In this document: in pieces, positions 32,001-42,456 of the stretch
How the letters are laid out: every line of letters starts with the position of its first letter
Position numbering within the stretch: the stretch's first letter is position 1
Assembly (NCBI GenBank): GCA_000165345.1
Contig: CM000434.1
Location: forward strand, 1,024,001-1,088,000
DNA length: 64,000 bases
Reading direction: 5' to 3'
Notes under the pieces: generated by a model
What the model was told of the DNA's origin: nothing
Seen by the model: the letters and a program-made list of their open reading frames with translations, nothing else
Database searches by the model: none
Program-made: the position numbers and the translations under genes

Positions 32001-35000
32001 CTGAGTTATAAGTTAAAGAAGCTGCATTTTCATTTACTTTAAGCATTGGAGTTAAAGCTTTTGTTGCCTCACGAACAACATCTGGAGATGTTGGGTAAGT
32101 TTGAATCATTGATAAGATTTCAGCTGGAGAATCTATACCTTGGATCTTACCATTTTCAGATGATTCTGAAGCTGAAGCTATCAATTTTGAAATTGCTACT
32201 GCTACTCCTTCACGTCTTGCTTCAGCTAATGATTGATCATCATCATAAGCTCTGCATCTCCTAATTTGACGTGATACTAATGACTTATCTTCAAATTGAC
32301 ATCCAGCAGAAATCAGTTTTGTCATAAGATCACATAAAGCTGCATCTCTAATATCAGCCTTGTTTGATCCTTCAGTAAGTCCCTGAAGTTCATTAAGTCC
32401 ATTTACTGAACATATATAAGAAGAATCTGCTCCAGCATTAATTACAAGATTACCAATGAGTTTCATTCCTTCTACAGCAACAGTATCATTCTTACGATGT
32501 TTCTTAATTGTTGAAATAATTGTTGAAATATCTCCCATTGGAGTTTGAGCAACATATTGAGCTCCTGTTGGATCTTCTGCTAAAATTCTCATAAATTCAT
32601 AAGTCTCAGCTGCTACATCTGAATCACTCTGATATTTTTCCAAGATCTCTCCAATATGAGGTAAGAAAGTACCATTATTACATCTTTCAAGAACATAATT
32701 TCTTGTATATGGATTATTTAAACAACCACTAAGAACTCTAATTCCAGAACATACATATCTCTTTGAAGATACTGCTTTACCAGAAGTATCTTCTAAATTA
32801 TCTTCGATATGTTGCATCATTCCTGATGTTGCTACTGCCCAAGATCCAAAGGAATCTTCAGAATTATCAAAAGCTCTATCAGTAATTCTTTGTGTTAATA
32901 CTGCAATTGAAGATAATAATCTAATATCTGTTGGATATTCTGCTGCTGCTGCTACTAAAGATTGTAAACAAGCTTCAGTATATTGAAGTGCATCTTCTGG
33001 ATTCTCTGGTTGAGATGCTACAAATACTGCAAGTTGACGACATAATTGATCAAGATCTCTTGCACAATCTGGTCCATTTTCTTGTTGAGTATTAATTATA
33101 CTCACCATAAGACTCTTAATAGTTTCATCAGCTCCACATTTTGATAAAACTTCACCACATTTTGATATTACTGCAGGATTATCATTATGTACCATCATTA
33201 CATTCTGCATAAGTTCTATTATTGCACATTCTCTTAATATGGTATTATCCATTGAATTGGTTAAATTATTAAGAAGAATTAATAAATCTTCAACAACTTC
33301 TTCATTATTCTTTTGAGCATCTAAAGCTCTTAGAACTACTTCTACACATCTATGAAGATCTTGTTCAAAGTATGCTCTAATATCAACATAATTACCAATT
33401 GAATTCAAAACTCTACAAGCTGCTCTAATTTGAGAAGATTCTGATGGATATTTATCAACAACTCCAAATGCTGCAACAATACTACCAACATCAGTAGTAA
33501 TTTGAATTATAGAAGTATCATGACTACTGATTAAGTCATTAATAGCATTCAAACATTTAATTCTAACCTCAGCTTTTGAACTCTCATTAACAGTATTAAC
33601 AAGTCTGGTTAGTAAATTATTAAAGGATGGTTCAGCTAATAATATTTCAACTCTTTTTGGAGAAGTTGCCATTGCTGCTATAGCAGAACAAGCTGATCCT
33701 AAAATCTTCTCATTATCTTGGAAGTTATCTAAACTAGTACAAATTAATTGTACTGCTCCATTTTCAAAACAAGTCTCAGCTGCTTTAACATCAAATTTGA
33801 CAATATTAGCAACAGCTACTAAATTGTCAACTAATCCTGTTTCAACTTCTTCATTTAATGAACAATTTGCAAGATTTCTGTACATATTTAAAAGTGAAAC
33901 AGTAACATTGTTCTTAACTATTGCAACTTTTCCTGGTCTAGAAGCAGTTAATAAAGAGCAAAGTGTAGAACAAGCTGATAATATATTTTGAGCTACAACT
34001 CCATGTTCTGAAGAATTAATCTTTGAACTTGCTAATTCTTCAATTCTTGGAATTAAAGCTGGAATACCTTCAGAAATTGTAAATTTGCATCCTTCTGGAG
34101 TAACAGCAAGTTCATTACATGTAATAATGGCTTGAAGAATTGTTTTTAAATCACCAGAATCAAGTGAAATCTTAATTTCACCAACTTTTTCAGAAATAAT
34201 CTTTTTAACTTCTCCAACTGGTACTAAAGCTAAAGCTAAAGGAGCAATAATTAATCTGAGTTCTGAACTTCTATTATGAAGTCTCATAGCACCTTGTACA
34301 ATTTCAACAGCACCAGATTTACGTAAGATTTCAATAGATTCTGGAGAATATTTAACTAATAAAGATAAAAGAGTAAAACCTGCAATTTGACATTCCAAGA
34401 GTACTTTTGTACGTTGAAGGAATGCAAGACAAACTTTAATAACACCATTATCAATTTCTGCTTTGGCTCCACTTTCTGTCTCAGCAATAATACAGAATGA
34501 TTTAATACATTGAAGTTGAACAACTCTATTTTCAATATATTTTCTTATTGTTGAAACAAGTGAATTAACAACATTAACAACAGTTTCATCAGATCCAATA
34601 CGTTGTACTTCAATTAAACTTCTTACAGCTTTCATATTTTCAACAACAGGATTATCATTAGTATTCTTTTCAGCAAAAGTCTTCATTTGTGGAAGTGTTG
34701 AAATATCTAAAAGTTGAACAATTGTAGGTCCAAGATCTCCTTGTGCTTCAGAAATTTTAAGAGTACTAGTAGTTTGAAAAGCTGCTGAGATAAGTTTTTC
34801 TTGTCCTTCAAATGGACTTTCTGAGATCCATTTACGTACATATCCAAGAATATCATCACATATATTTAATGAAGAGAATAAAGGAGCAAGAGATGATATT
34901 TTACAAAGACCAGCAATAGCAGCTAAATCTTTATATGCAGCATTTGGATCAGAAAGAGCAACTTTTGGTAAATTGGTTGTATGTAAAGTAACATCTTTAT

Positions 35001-36621
35001 CAGTGGCAATAATTTCTAATATACTTAATCCAGCTTCTTTAATATAATCATTAGAATTATGAACCAACATTGCTTCTAAAACAGCACTAACCATTTCTCC
35101 TTGGCTTAAATAAATTGAACTATCTGATACGGTAGAAAGTTTTTCAACTAATTGAATAGCAGTTGTAACAAGTACTTCATCTTTAACATTTTCAATAATA
35201 GATTTCTCGATACCTGAGATACCACCAAATTCTGAAATGGGTTGTAATGTTTTAATAAATGGTGCTAAATGATTTAAAGCTGCTAAAGAAGCTGATTGAT
35301 ATGCTGCATCATCACAATAATAATTTAAACATGTGGCAAGAATTTCAACACTTTGTACACTAATAAGAGCTTCAGCAAGAGGAGCATGTTGAGATGCGAT
35401 GGATAAAAGATCAGCAGCACATTTAGTAAAATCTTTATCATTTTCAACATTAGAATAGAATAATTGAAGGAGATCTCCCATAATAGAAGCAGCAGCAACA
35501 GCAGTAGTTTCTCTTACAAATAATGGATATAATGATTGACATACAGCTGTAGAGATTTCAAGGTTATTAATACAAGTTGTAAAAGCTGAACAGATTGCAT
35601 CGATACCTCCAATTTCAATTAAATTATCAACATTTGAAGGATTTGAAGCAACTCTAGCAAGAACACGTAATGATCCAATAATAATACGACTAGATTTGGA
35701 AGTATGTTCTTCATTTCCACTTTGAGAATATTCACTAACACCTTGGTTAAGTGCTTCAACAACCATAGAAATACCTCCTTGTCTAACAATTTCATCAGCA
35801 AATGATGATACATAAGCCATAGCTGAAAGCATTGTCAAAGAATCATCTTTTTGAGTAATATCAGAATTTGGGGATTTAATAACAACTAAACATTCCATAA
35901 GTTTTTGAGGATTCATTAATAATTCCAAACAGGCACCTCCTTTTTCTGTGATACCTCTTCTACTACGATATAAATCAATAATATGTACAACAGCTTTAAG
36001 TGCATCTTCTGGTACATCACCATAACTAGCACATAATCTAACAATTTCAAGACAATTTTCTATTAATGCAGCAGATTCATTATCAGATTTGGTCCAGTTA
36101 TGAGCAAAATTAAGAGTTTTTGATCCAATTCCTGCTTGAACTAATGCAGCAATTCCACTTTCTTGGTGAGCAATAGCACAAATTGCACCAGTAACTTTAA
36201 CAAGTTCAGAACTTCCAAGATATTTACTTTCATAGAATTTACCAAGGCAACTTGCAGCAGTTGTAGAATCAAGAGCACCAATACAAAATAGATTTTCAAT
36301 TGTGGTACAAATGGAAGCTAAGATGGCGGAATCATTTGATTCAACAAGACCATTAACAGCCATTGCGACAGTATTGGATCCTCCTCTTGAAATAAACATA
36401 TTAGTTAACTCAGCATCTTGTGATTCTTTCATAAACTCGGAAATACCGAACATAATTCTAACACAATTTGTTGAAATATCTTCATCATCAGGGAATTGTT
36501 GTAATGCTTCACTCATAATTTCTAAAATACCTCTTTGCATTGCATCCAAGGAGTTTTCCTTGTATAACAATGTTGGAGGTACACATAAATCACTAAGGGA
36601 TCTGAGTGAAAACAGCAACAT
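29014..36621 (-). CDS. Very large (2535 aa) armadillo/HEAT-repeat protein of unknown function
   Basis: Single uninterrupted ORF of 7.6 kb with a true ATG at 36621; an in-frame stop lies 20 codons upstream. Repetitive helical repeats of about 40 aa rich in L/I/A/V, with recurring N/G-x-[ILV]-x-x-[LI] patterns throughout (ARM/HEAT-like). The last roughly 130 aa (GGKLKIVLDGKSRDEFTWRASQDLYKLEWKV...) are distinct from the repeats. Confidence 0.8.
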   Translation of the reverse strand: MLLFSLRSLSDLCVPPTLLYKENSLDAMQRGILEIMSEALQQFPDDEDISTNCVRIMFGISEFMKESQDAELTNMFISRGGSNTVAMAVNGLVESNDSAILASICTTIENLFCIGALDSTTAASCLGKFYESKYLGSSELVKVTGAICAIAHQESGIAALVQAGIGSKTLNFAHNWTKSDNESAALIENCLEIVRLCASYGDVPEDALKAVVHIIDLYRSRRGITEKGGACLELLMNPQKLMECLVVIKSPNSDITQKDDSLTMLSAMAYVSSFADEIVRQGGISMVVEALNQGVSEYSQSGNEEHTSKSSRIIIGSLRVLARVASNPSNVDNLIEIGGIDAICSAFTTCINNLEISTAVCQSLYPLFVRETTAVAAASIMGDLLQLFYSNVENDKDFTKCAADLLSIASQHAPLAEALISVQSVEILATCLNYYCDDAAYQSASLAALNHLAPFIKTLQPISEFGGISGIEKSIIENVKDEVLVTTAIQLVEKLSTVSDSSIYLSQGEMVSAVLEAMLVHNSNDYIKEAGLSILEIIATDKDVTLHTTNLPKVALSDPNAAYKDLAAIAGLCKISSLAPLFSSLNICDDILGYVRKWISESPFEGQEKLISAAFQTTSTLKISEAQGDLGPTIVQLLDISTLPQMKTFAEKNTNDNPVVENMKAVRSLIEVQRIGSDETVVNVVNSLVSTIRKYIENRVVQLQCIKSFCIIAETESGAKAEIDNGVIKVCLAFLQRTKVLLECQIAGFTLLSLLVKYSPESIEILRKSGAVEIVQGAMRLHNRSSELRLIIAPLALALVPVGEVKKIISEKVGEIKISLDSGDLKTILQAIITCNELAVTPEGCKFTISEGIPALIPRIEELASSKINSSEHGVVAQNILSACSTLCSLLTASRPGKVAIVKNNVTVSLLNMYRNLANCSLNEEVETGLVDNLVAVANIVKFDVKAAETCFENGAVQLICTSLDNFQDNEKILGSACSAIAAMATSPKRVEILLAEPSFNNLLTRLVNTVNESSKAEVRIKCLNAINDLISSHDTSIIQITTDVGSIVAAFGVVDKYPSESSQIRAACRVLNSIGNYVDIRAYFEQDLHRCVEVVLRALDAQKNNEEVVEDLLILLNNLTNSMDNTILRECAIIELMQNVMMVHNDNPAVISKCGEVLSKCGADETIKSLMVSIINTQQENGPDCARDLDQLCRQLAVFVASQPENPEDALQYTEACLQSLVAAAAEYPTDIRLLSSIAVLTQRITDRAFDNSEDSFGSWAVATSGMMQHIEDNLEDTSGKAVSSKRYVCSGIRVLSGCLNNPYTRNYVLERCNNGTFLPHIGEILEKYQSDSDVAAETYEFMRILAEDPTGAQYVAQTPMGDISTIISTIKKHRKNDTVAVEGMKLIGNLVINAGADSSYICSVNGLNELQGLTEGSNKADIRDAALCDLMTKLISAGCQFEDKSLVSRQIRRCRAYDDDQSLAEARREGVAVAISKLIASASESSENGKIQGIDSPAEILSMIQTYPTSPDVVREATKALTPMLKVNENAASLTYNSVLPILATSALPVVTADPYAADAVADLMLNLAQIQGMGVEMSQNQCTDDILNAISQLGDYYGDEFGQALKAKVEEITNTMASDIPAELSLKVVYDMLKRREAEGLSLSITESTAVAEKLEYLVQTMSQLVTQKMDGPTSIDFKFGCMAAQVISSIPEDVEYLVDNQWPKTMLLNIQNQDCDTKQAIASGLIDIAKSDKAAIQCATAPGTAQICCDFVQEIHASPMDEAKKEELLIVRIQLVEKIAVSRQLFVGTSMLDILLSIWEAYDNKKYSLNILRHVFRALRRIVSDDFVSALLNANVLKRLIAIIKAKNDIGVLPDVLYLLGSLAIIPNIKSEIGENGGIDSICELLRASIKMPPEQISPTVTNGCLALANLTIQHTNNKQIFTKSKGPEIIKSLFNSYIGYWDVINSLGVLIVNLGYKKDETKKELGSSGIPALIVQFLNSYNGEQERIATRAFMSVLKAVANMCLYTPNIAVFASSHIEKVFNHLLEVSSNLPKETILMELRTLCNIASENEASQLASFNILIQPLLNLVLNAPGDDPDIKRLCFDVLSMLCRSPSNAADFFKANGTDIVIKQLLKNDYDTGLMTSAIHLLSYQTSVPEQMDYLVSAGIYRVIISIVEGKEGSSDLKIAAFRLLRRCMSDPSNALDFLSIGGAQSICESIKNSSDQTLVLVEAIRVLLGLLYSGSPDSEYSAADAPKGYQVCQLDVNDCNAIVKSVNHAIHKEENGRHLRLMRAGFGIMAYLLSENLCIESIANSETVNVMSKVMTIFASDMDSTALICQYISFLSKYALDLVPGIVNDDFRNALENSASKAKGARKDFVTGVSTAIMSGDYSALSVLCGEFDFDITHWNVEPYPNGVQDLPKETKDFLRNGGKLKIVLDGKSRDEFTWRASQDLYKLEWKVGTKDNDFNNSLPIGKIRNIWKGLQSTVLKAANMVEPRKITGPTCFVVVGPPSEDQPQGMELSLKAKSKSERDGIIENFVMWREAATYH

Positions 36622-37744
36622 TCTCTTGAATTTCTTGTGTTGATTTGCTGACGAAATAGCCGTTGCTACACCATTATCAGGTGCTCTTTGAGCTAAAGAT
36701 AAAAAAAGTTAAAAAGAAAATTGAGAATGATTAAAAGTAAAATTTTGATATATCAATAGGAGAATTAATAGAGAAATGACAATTGAACATTTATTTTTCA
36801 ATTATCAATATTTTTAATTCTTAAAGCAACATTTTCTTTGAATTGAGTTGATCGGTACCAGATAATTAATAGGCCGGTATGCAATAAAAAATTTTGTGCA
36901 TCATCACCATATTAGAGCGTGTAATAAATAATTTTTTCTTTTTTTTTCTCCCTCTATTTAGAAAAATTTTTTATGTATAAAAAATAATTACCAAATAGAT
37001 AGAATATTGATTGTATTTAAAATTAATAATTTAGATTAAATCAAAGTATTGATATTTCTCAATGTTTGAATTGATTCTGAATATACATTATAACAGTTAC
37101 ATAAATATTAAGATGATTGTATAGCACCGAGTAAATGATTTGAATTTTTCAACATAAGAATTTGTTTAATTGCTTTAAGAATAAAATATCTCTCTTTCTC
37201 TATTTTTTTTCTGATAACCTATTTTCATAATATATCAGAATTTTATAATAATACTTACTTTTATTAATAGCCATGGTTAAATATTATAGCCATATATGAA
37301 TTTCCTAAATGAATTCAATCAAACTTAACTTTAATAGCGATCAAAATTTTGAGAAATATATAGAAATCAATAATATCTCTATATAAATAAATATTTACTT
37401 TGAGTAATATACGATCAGGCAGAATAAGTTGAAAATTTAATGATTTTCTGGTCTTCTGCTTGCTATTTTTGCTAGTTGGCAAATGTCTTTTGAAATTATT
37501 AGATTGAGATATTGCAAGTGATATAATGTAAAAATATAAATATATACAATAATGTTATTTAGGATCTCGGCTTTTTCCTGAATAATCAGTATTAATATAT
37601 ATTTAAAAATTATGTAAATCTTCTCTTTTTGTTAGAGAGTTATTGGATTAATTGTTATTTTTTTTACTTGCTTGTACTGGGGTTGTTATTAGGATAATTT
37701 TCCTTGCCGTATAAAAATAGATTCTTAACCTCGTTAAAAAAGAT

Positions 37745-37840
37745 TCAATTATGCACGCACGCGGTAGCAAAGAAAAATATTCAGAATATAAAAACATGCA
37801 TGCCAGTATGCATGAAACAGGCGGGAAAATGGCAATGCAT
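37745..37840. promoter_or_regulatory. Promoter-like motif cluster 1 in the 2.5-kb gene-free interval
   Basis: atgcacgcacgcgg...aaacaTGCATGCcagtaTGCATGaaacaGGCGGGAAAAtggcaaTGCATGCAatttg. This is a dense GCATGCA plus GGCGGGAAA combination with no annotated gene start within 1 kb. Confidence 0.45.
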
Positions 37841-38462
37841 GCAATTTGTTAATTTACCAGATGGCGCATTTTGGGCAAAATTTGGATACTAAGTATAGGA
37901 ATATGGTCAGTAAACCATTTAAATAATAAAGTATGACGGCTTGTAAATTGTTCAAGGTAGATAATTGTTTACAAGCTATTTTCGACAGTTTGTAGGAGAA
38001 TCGATTTTCTTTTCAAATAATCTGGTATTTCCAAAGTTGGGAGTTAAGACAGTTGAAAATAAATTCTTTTTTTTTTTTTTTGGAAAAGAATTTTATGATA
38101 ATTAATTCAATATTTTACCCTTTTTATATTCTTAAATCTTATTCCTTTGTTTTCTGTTGAACCAAGAAGGGTTAAATTACAATGTTATTTTTTTTTCTCC
38201 CCCCTCCTCTCCTTTACTATAGACTAAATCGACTTTTTATATTTAAGCTGATTTTTAGTGCTAATTAGAAGAAAAAAATATAAATAACGAGCGAAGAAAA
38301 GTGAGGAAATACGTATGTTGTATGAATTTCCAATAAAATTCTTTATATTAATAAAGTAATAATTCAATTAAAAAGAGAAGAAAAAATAATGTTTTCCTTA
38401 GAATTAACTTTCCACATTAAAATATTTATATAAAAAAACATTACGTGTAAATTGATTTATCC

Positions 38463-38556
38463 TATACCGGTATGCAAGTATTTTATGTGGACGCATGTAA
38501 GGACATGCACAAGAAGAAGACCGGTTGCATGTGGATGCACCAGTAAGTCGAATATA
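38463..38556. promoter_or_regulatory. Promoter-like motif cluster 2 in the 2.5-kb gene-free interval
   Basis: taCCGGTATGCAagtattttatgtggacGCATGtaaggaCATGCAcaagaagaagaCCGGTTGCATGtggaTGCAccag. Confidence 0.45.
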
Positions 38557-39118
38557 ACTAGCAAGTACACTAGAAAAAGAAAAGGACTGGAATAAGATGG
38601 GCGAATTAAAAATATAAAAGGTAATTTATCTTCCCTAACTAAAATATGGTCAGCAGAAGTATGGTGAGAATCCACGAGTAACAACTAAACAAGCAAGAGT
38701 TAAATTGGATTGGTATAAAGAAATGACAAATTCCAGGGCATGATACATATAGTATCTGATGATTTGTAAGGAAAAAAATTTTTTCTCCTGTTCCTATTTG
38801 AATTTGTGACCAGATCTAATGTTACTCTTAAAATAACCCAGACGACTTATTTAGCTATTCTGCGCTGAGTAATGAAAAATGTCAATAACGGTAAATTATG
38901 GTAATTAGTATAATAATAAATCTTTATCATTCAGCTCCCACTACTTTCAAATCAGCCCCGAAAGTTACTTAGAATAAAGACCTGGATAAGCCAGCCTCGG
39001 ACTCGAGACTGAACTCAGTTAGCTTGGCTTAATTCAGCTCGATTCAATTCAGCCATTTCTCGTTTCAGTTTAATTTTTGTTCTCGTTTTTATTAAATGCA
39101 AATTACGGCAGAGTTAAA

Positions 39119-41296
39119 TTAGTTAATATTGTACTTGGAATATAACTGGAGTAAATAGTCTTGGTTTTCTCCATCAATAGCGCAAACATAGTCACTAATA
39201 ACAGAGCGTGGATGTTTAAAGTGATCGTTCACTCTAATTCTGGCAGTTGGAGGTACAACACCTAAGCACTTTGACATTGTGTTAACAAGGGAGTTGAAAT
39301 GGTTTACATCAGAAAACTTGATCTTTGTTGTGGAGATGTTGTGGAATGGATCTGAGAATAAGACCTTGTTAATGGATTTTTGTAAGGTATTTTCATTTTC
39401 AGAAATGATCTCAACATGATGTTTAGCAACTGGAACAGGGCAAGTGTTTAATGAGAAAATCTTTGGGTTACCAAATCCGAAAATATGCTTCAAGTCTCTG
39501 AATAAAATTAAATATAATTGAGGATTGTACTTTGCGAGTTGTAAGACGAAGCTGTAAGAAGAGTTCCTAATCAAGTTGTTAATTGAATTTTCGCTGTCGA
39601 ATACTCCACCAATAGTTTTCCATCTCTTCTCATTCTTTGGTATTTGGATTCTCATAAATGAATTATCACCATCTCTTCTTAATAAGGAGTCTGGGAAAAT
39701 ATTGAATGCTACCATGTTAGAGTGATGGAAACTCTCTTCTGATTCACCTTGAGTTTGGTGAGTGAAACAATTCAAAGTGAGTAAACCATAGTAAATTAAA
39801 TGGAGCTCTTCTCCTTGCTTGATTGGAGAAGGTGACTCTTCAATTTCATAATGTTCACTCTCTGGTGCGCTTTCATTAACATTTGCTTCCTCTGTAGAAA
39901 TAGAAAGCTCTGAGGATTTCAATAAAGACTGAATTCCAGACTTCTTTTCTCCAAACTGTAAGAGGGAAATTGGAACATCACCAGTAGCAAATCTGACCTG
40001 GCGTTCCTTTGCCTTGATCCATCTTTCCAAATCCTCGAGCTTATTATCCTTTCTTGAGATCTCCTCAAGTGATTCCAATGGGGCTGGTAAAACTACATGA
40101 GTCTCAGCATGACCTGAATTCCAGAATTTTTCGGCCCATGCTTCAATAGCTTCTTTTTGTGAAGCAACCAAATTATCTGTCTCTTCCTTAGAAAGGAGAA
40201 GATTCAAGAATTCATAAGAATAATCCTGAGATAAAGTCTCAGACCCAGAATAAATTTCATCAACCTTCCATGTATTACCCTCGAAGTACAACTTAGCTCT
40301 AAATTGGAATAATGGAGAGATCTGTTGTTCAAGAGTGGTTGGCATATTTTCTGGTAAGTCAAAGAAGTTAACTTCATACTTTTTCTTCATAAATCTCTCA
40401 AAGGCTTTAACTCTTGCTGAGGCAGTGTTTGAGAAGTCTGCCTTAGAAGAAGCTGTGAGTTCAATTGCAACAGGAGAAGAAACGCTTCTGGCAACAACTG
40501 GATACATCTGAACGAATTTCTCTTTAAGAAGCTGCTCAGTCTTTTCCTTTCTGATGTTTTCAAATATTAAATGCCAAGCTGTCTCAGTACCTGACATTGA
40601 GGAAGCAACTGCTTCACACTTTCCTTTACCAGAGTTAGTCTTAATTGACTCGCTTAAGCCTGAATAGTGACTGGAGTCTTTAGCTGGATATTGGTTGAAG
40701 ATATTTCCTCTGTATGATAATTCAACAAACTCTGTCTTGGAATAAGAGTATTTCTTCAAATTTGAAATTGGTCTCTGGCAAGCATTCTCACAATATCTTT
40801 GACGATATTCCTCATCATTGAAAGTGCTTTCTCCTTCTTTGTTCTTAAATATTAAAACAGCTGGAGTATTATTGTCAATGGCCATTGCAGACTTTGTAAT
40901 GCGGTTAACATTCAAAAAGATCTCATCAAATGATGAAACTAAATCAACCATTGAATGATCTCCAATTGGTTTATCTACTGAAGAAATAGATTTCAAGTCG
41001 AGACCTGAGTTCCATAGCGCAATTGTACCTGTTCTGTATTCAGAAACTGCACCATTTAATGATCTCAATTTTGGCTGGCTATCAGAAAAGTCTAAGATAC
41101 CATCTTTTCCTTCCTGATTTAAAGAAATTGGCTTAATATCAGCAAAATATTCCACTGAATCCAAGCTCATTTTTCCATTCTCAAAAATATATTGAGAAAC
41201 AGAACAGTAACATTGGCATATGAAGCCATTATCTTGTGATAATACCCTCCTTGACAAGAGGGAGAATAAACTAAAAAGTAGTACAAGTCTATACAT
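39119..41296 (-). CDS. Hypothetical secreted protein (N-terminal signal peptide)
   Basis: 725-aa ORF with a true ATG. N-terminus MYRLVLLFSLFSLLSRRVLSQ, hydrophobic with a predicted cleavage after SQ. No further TM segments and several Cys. No recognised catalytic motif. Confidence 0.6.
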   Translation of the reverse strand: MYRLVLLFSLFSLLSRRVLSQDNGFICQCYCSVSQYIFENGKMSLDSVEYFADIKPISLNQEGKDGILDFSDSQPKLRSLNGAVSEYRTGTIALWNSGLDLKSISSVDKPIGDHSMVDLVSSFDEIFLNVNRITKSAMAIDNNTPAVLIFKNKEGESTFNDEEYRQRYCENACQRPISNLKKYSYSKTEFVELSYRGNIFNQYPAKDSSHYSGLSESIKTNSGKGKCEAVASSMSGTETAWHLIFENIRKEKTEQLLKEKFVQMYPVVARSVSSPVAIELTASSKADFSNTASARVKAFERFMKKKYEVNFFDLPENMPTTLEQQISPLFQFRAKLYFEGNTWKVDEIYSGSETLSQDYSYEFLNLLLSKEETDNLVASQKEAIEAWAEKFWNSGHAETHVVLPAPLESLEEISRKDNKLEDLERWIKAKERQVRFATGDVPISLLQFGEKKSGIQSLLKSSELSISTEEANVNESAPESEHYEIEESPSPIKQGEELHLIYYGLLTLNCFTHQTQGESEESFHHSNMVAFNIFPDSLLRRDGDNSFMRIQIPKNEKRWKTIGGVFDSENSINNLIRNSSYSFVLQLAKYNPQLYLILFRDLKHIFGFGNPKIFSLNTCPVPVAKHHVEIISENENTLQKSINKVLFSDPFHNISTTKIKFSDVNHFNSLVNTMSKCLGVVPPTARIRVNDHFKHPRSVISDYVCAIDGENQDYLLQLYSKYNIN

Positions 41297-42456
41297 CTCG
41301 ATCCTCTTCTATTCTCAATTCTATTGCATTAAAAATTCTTGAAGACCTCAGTAATATCCTTCAACTTTTGTTTAAATTTTGTCTTCAGTTGTTAAATTCT
41401 TGTTAAATCTGTTTGGTAATTATGAAGACATAATGGTAACTAAGTTTCCCGCCTTTGTCAGAAATATTTATTATTTAAGTTATACCAGAGAGGATTTTTT
41501 TTATATTATTAAATAATTGTTTAGGCGGCAATTACCCAGAAAACTTCCCTCCAATAAAAATAATAATATGGGGTAATAAAATTTAATAGTAATATTTTAT
41601 TTCTTGGTGTAAATATTACTTAATTTGGAGAAAAAACTCTTTCATTCAAGTTTAAGAGGGAAAGTTCAAAACTTGATGAAAATGATTAAACTATGGAAAC
41701 ATCAAGTAAAATTGTTTGGAATTGGAGAAAGAGGAGTTTTTTTTTTTATCCAATTTTTAGTATCTATGAAAATAAACATCATTATTATCTTCCATGAGGT
41801 TAGAACATCCTCTTTGAATTTGGAAGGTCCAAATCTTAGATTTTTCTTACCTTTTCATTTCTCTTGTATCTTACCTACTTCCATCACTTGTACAGAAATC
41901 TGTACGCCTTTTTCACTTATCACTACTTTGGATTTAATTCCCTAGTTTCTATTCATCCATTCGGATCTAAGCTTAAATCGTAGTTAAATTAGGTACAGAC
42001 TACTGTTTGTATTAGGTTTCAATGGTTTCTCCTATTTTCGTTCCAATGTACTTCATCTAACTAAACTGGGTGAATATTATTAAGCTAAAGTTGACTTCTT
42101 TACTACAAAATAACCAAATATGAGGAAGAAAATATACTCATAAGCTTTTTCTTGTTACAAAAAAAGCTCTAGAATCTAACTATTAATGCAAACCACTTTG
42201 CCCATTCTATTATTCACAATGATATTTTTGCTAATCTTCTAATTTTTACCCCACTTTTATTTATCATTTGAATAATAAATAGTTTAGGCGGGAAACCCCG
42301 TAGCTAGTTTGGACATGAAACAGAAAATTAAAATAAAAGGAGGTTGTTTGATTTATATGGGATTGCAAGAAGTGCAGTAACTGGGTGTAAGAGTTGGATG
42401 TTTGGATAACAAGTGTGTAAGTATTAATTGAGTTAAATCCGAAAGTTAGAACAAAA

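Noticed and set aside
41625-41945. 106-aa plus-strand ORF in the 1.16-kb divergent region between the secreted-protein and ankyrin genes
   Set aside because: Low-complexity sequence overlapping a TTTTT-rich stretch. There is no start context and no motifs. The region more likely holds the two promoters (GGCGGGAAA at 42287, CCCGCC at 41447).
42416-42446. GTGTAAGT...AGTTAG just upstream of the ankyrin gene ATG as a possible 5'-UTR intron
   Set aside because: The donor is not preceded by an exon context that I can define, and there is no coding consequence. Mentioned only for RNA-seq follow-up.
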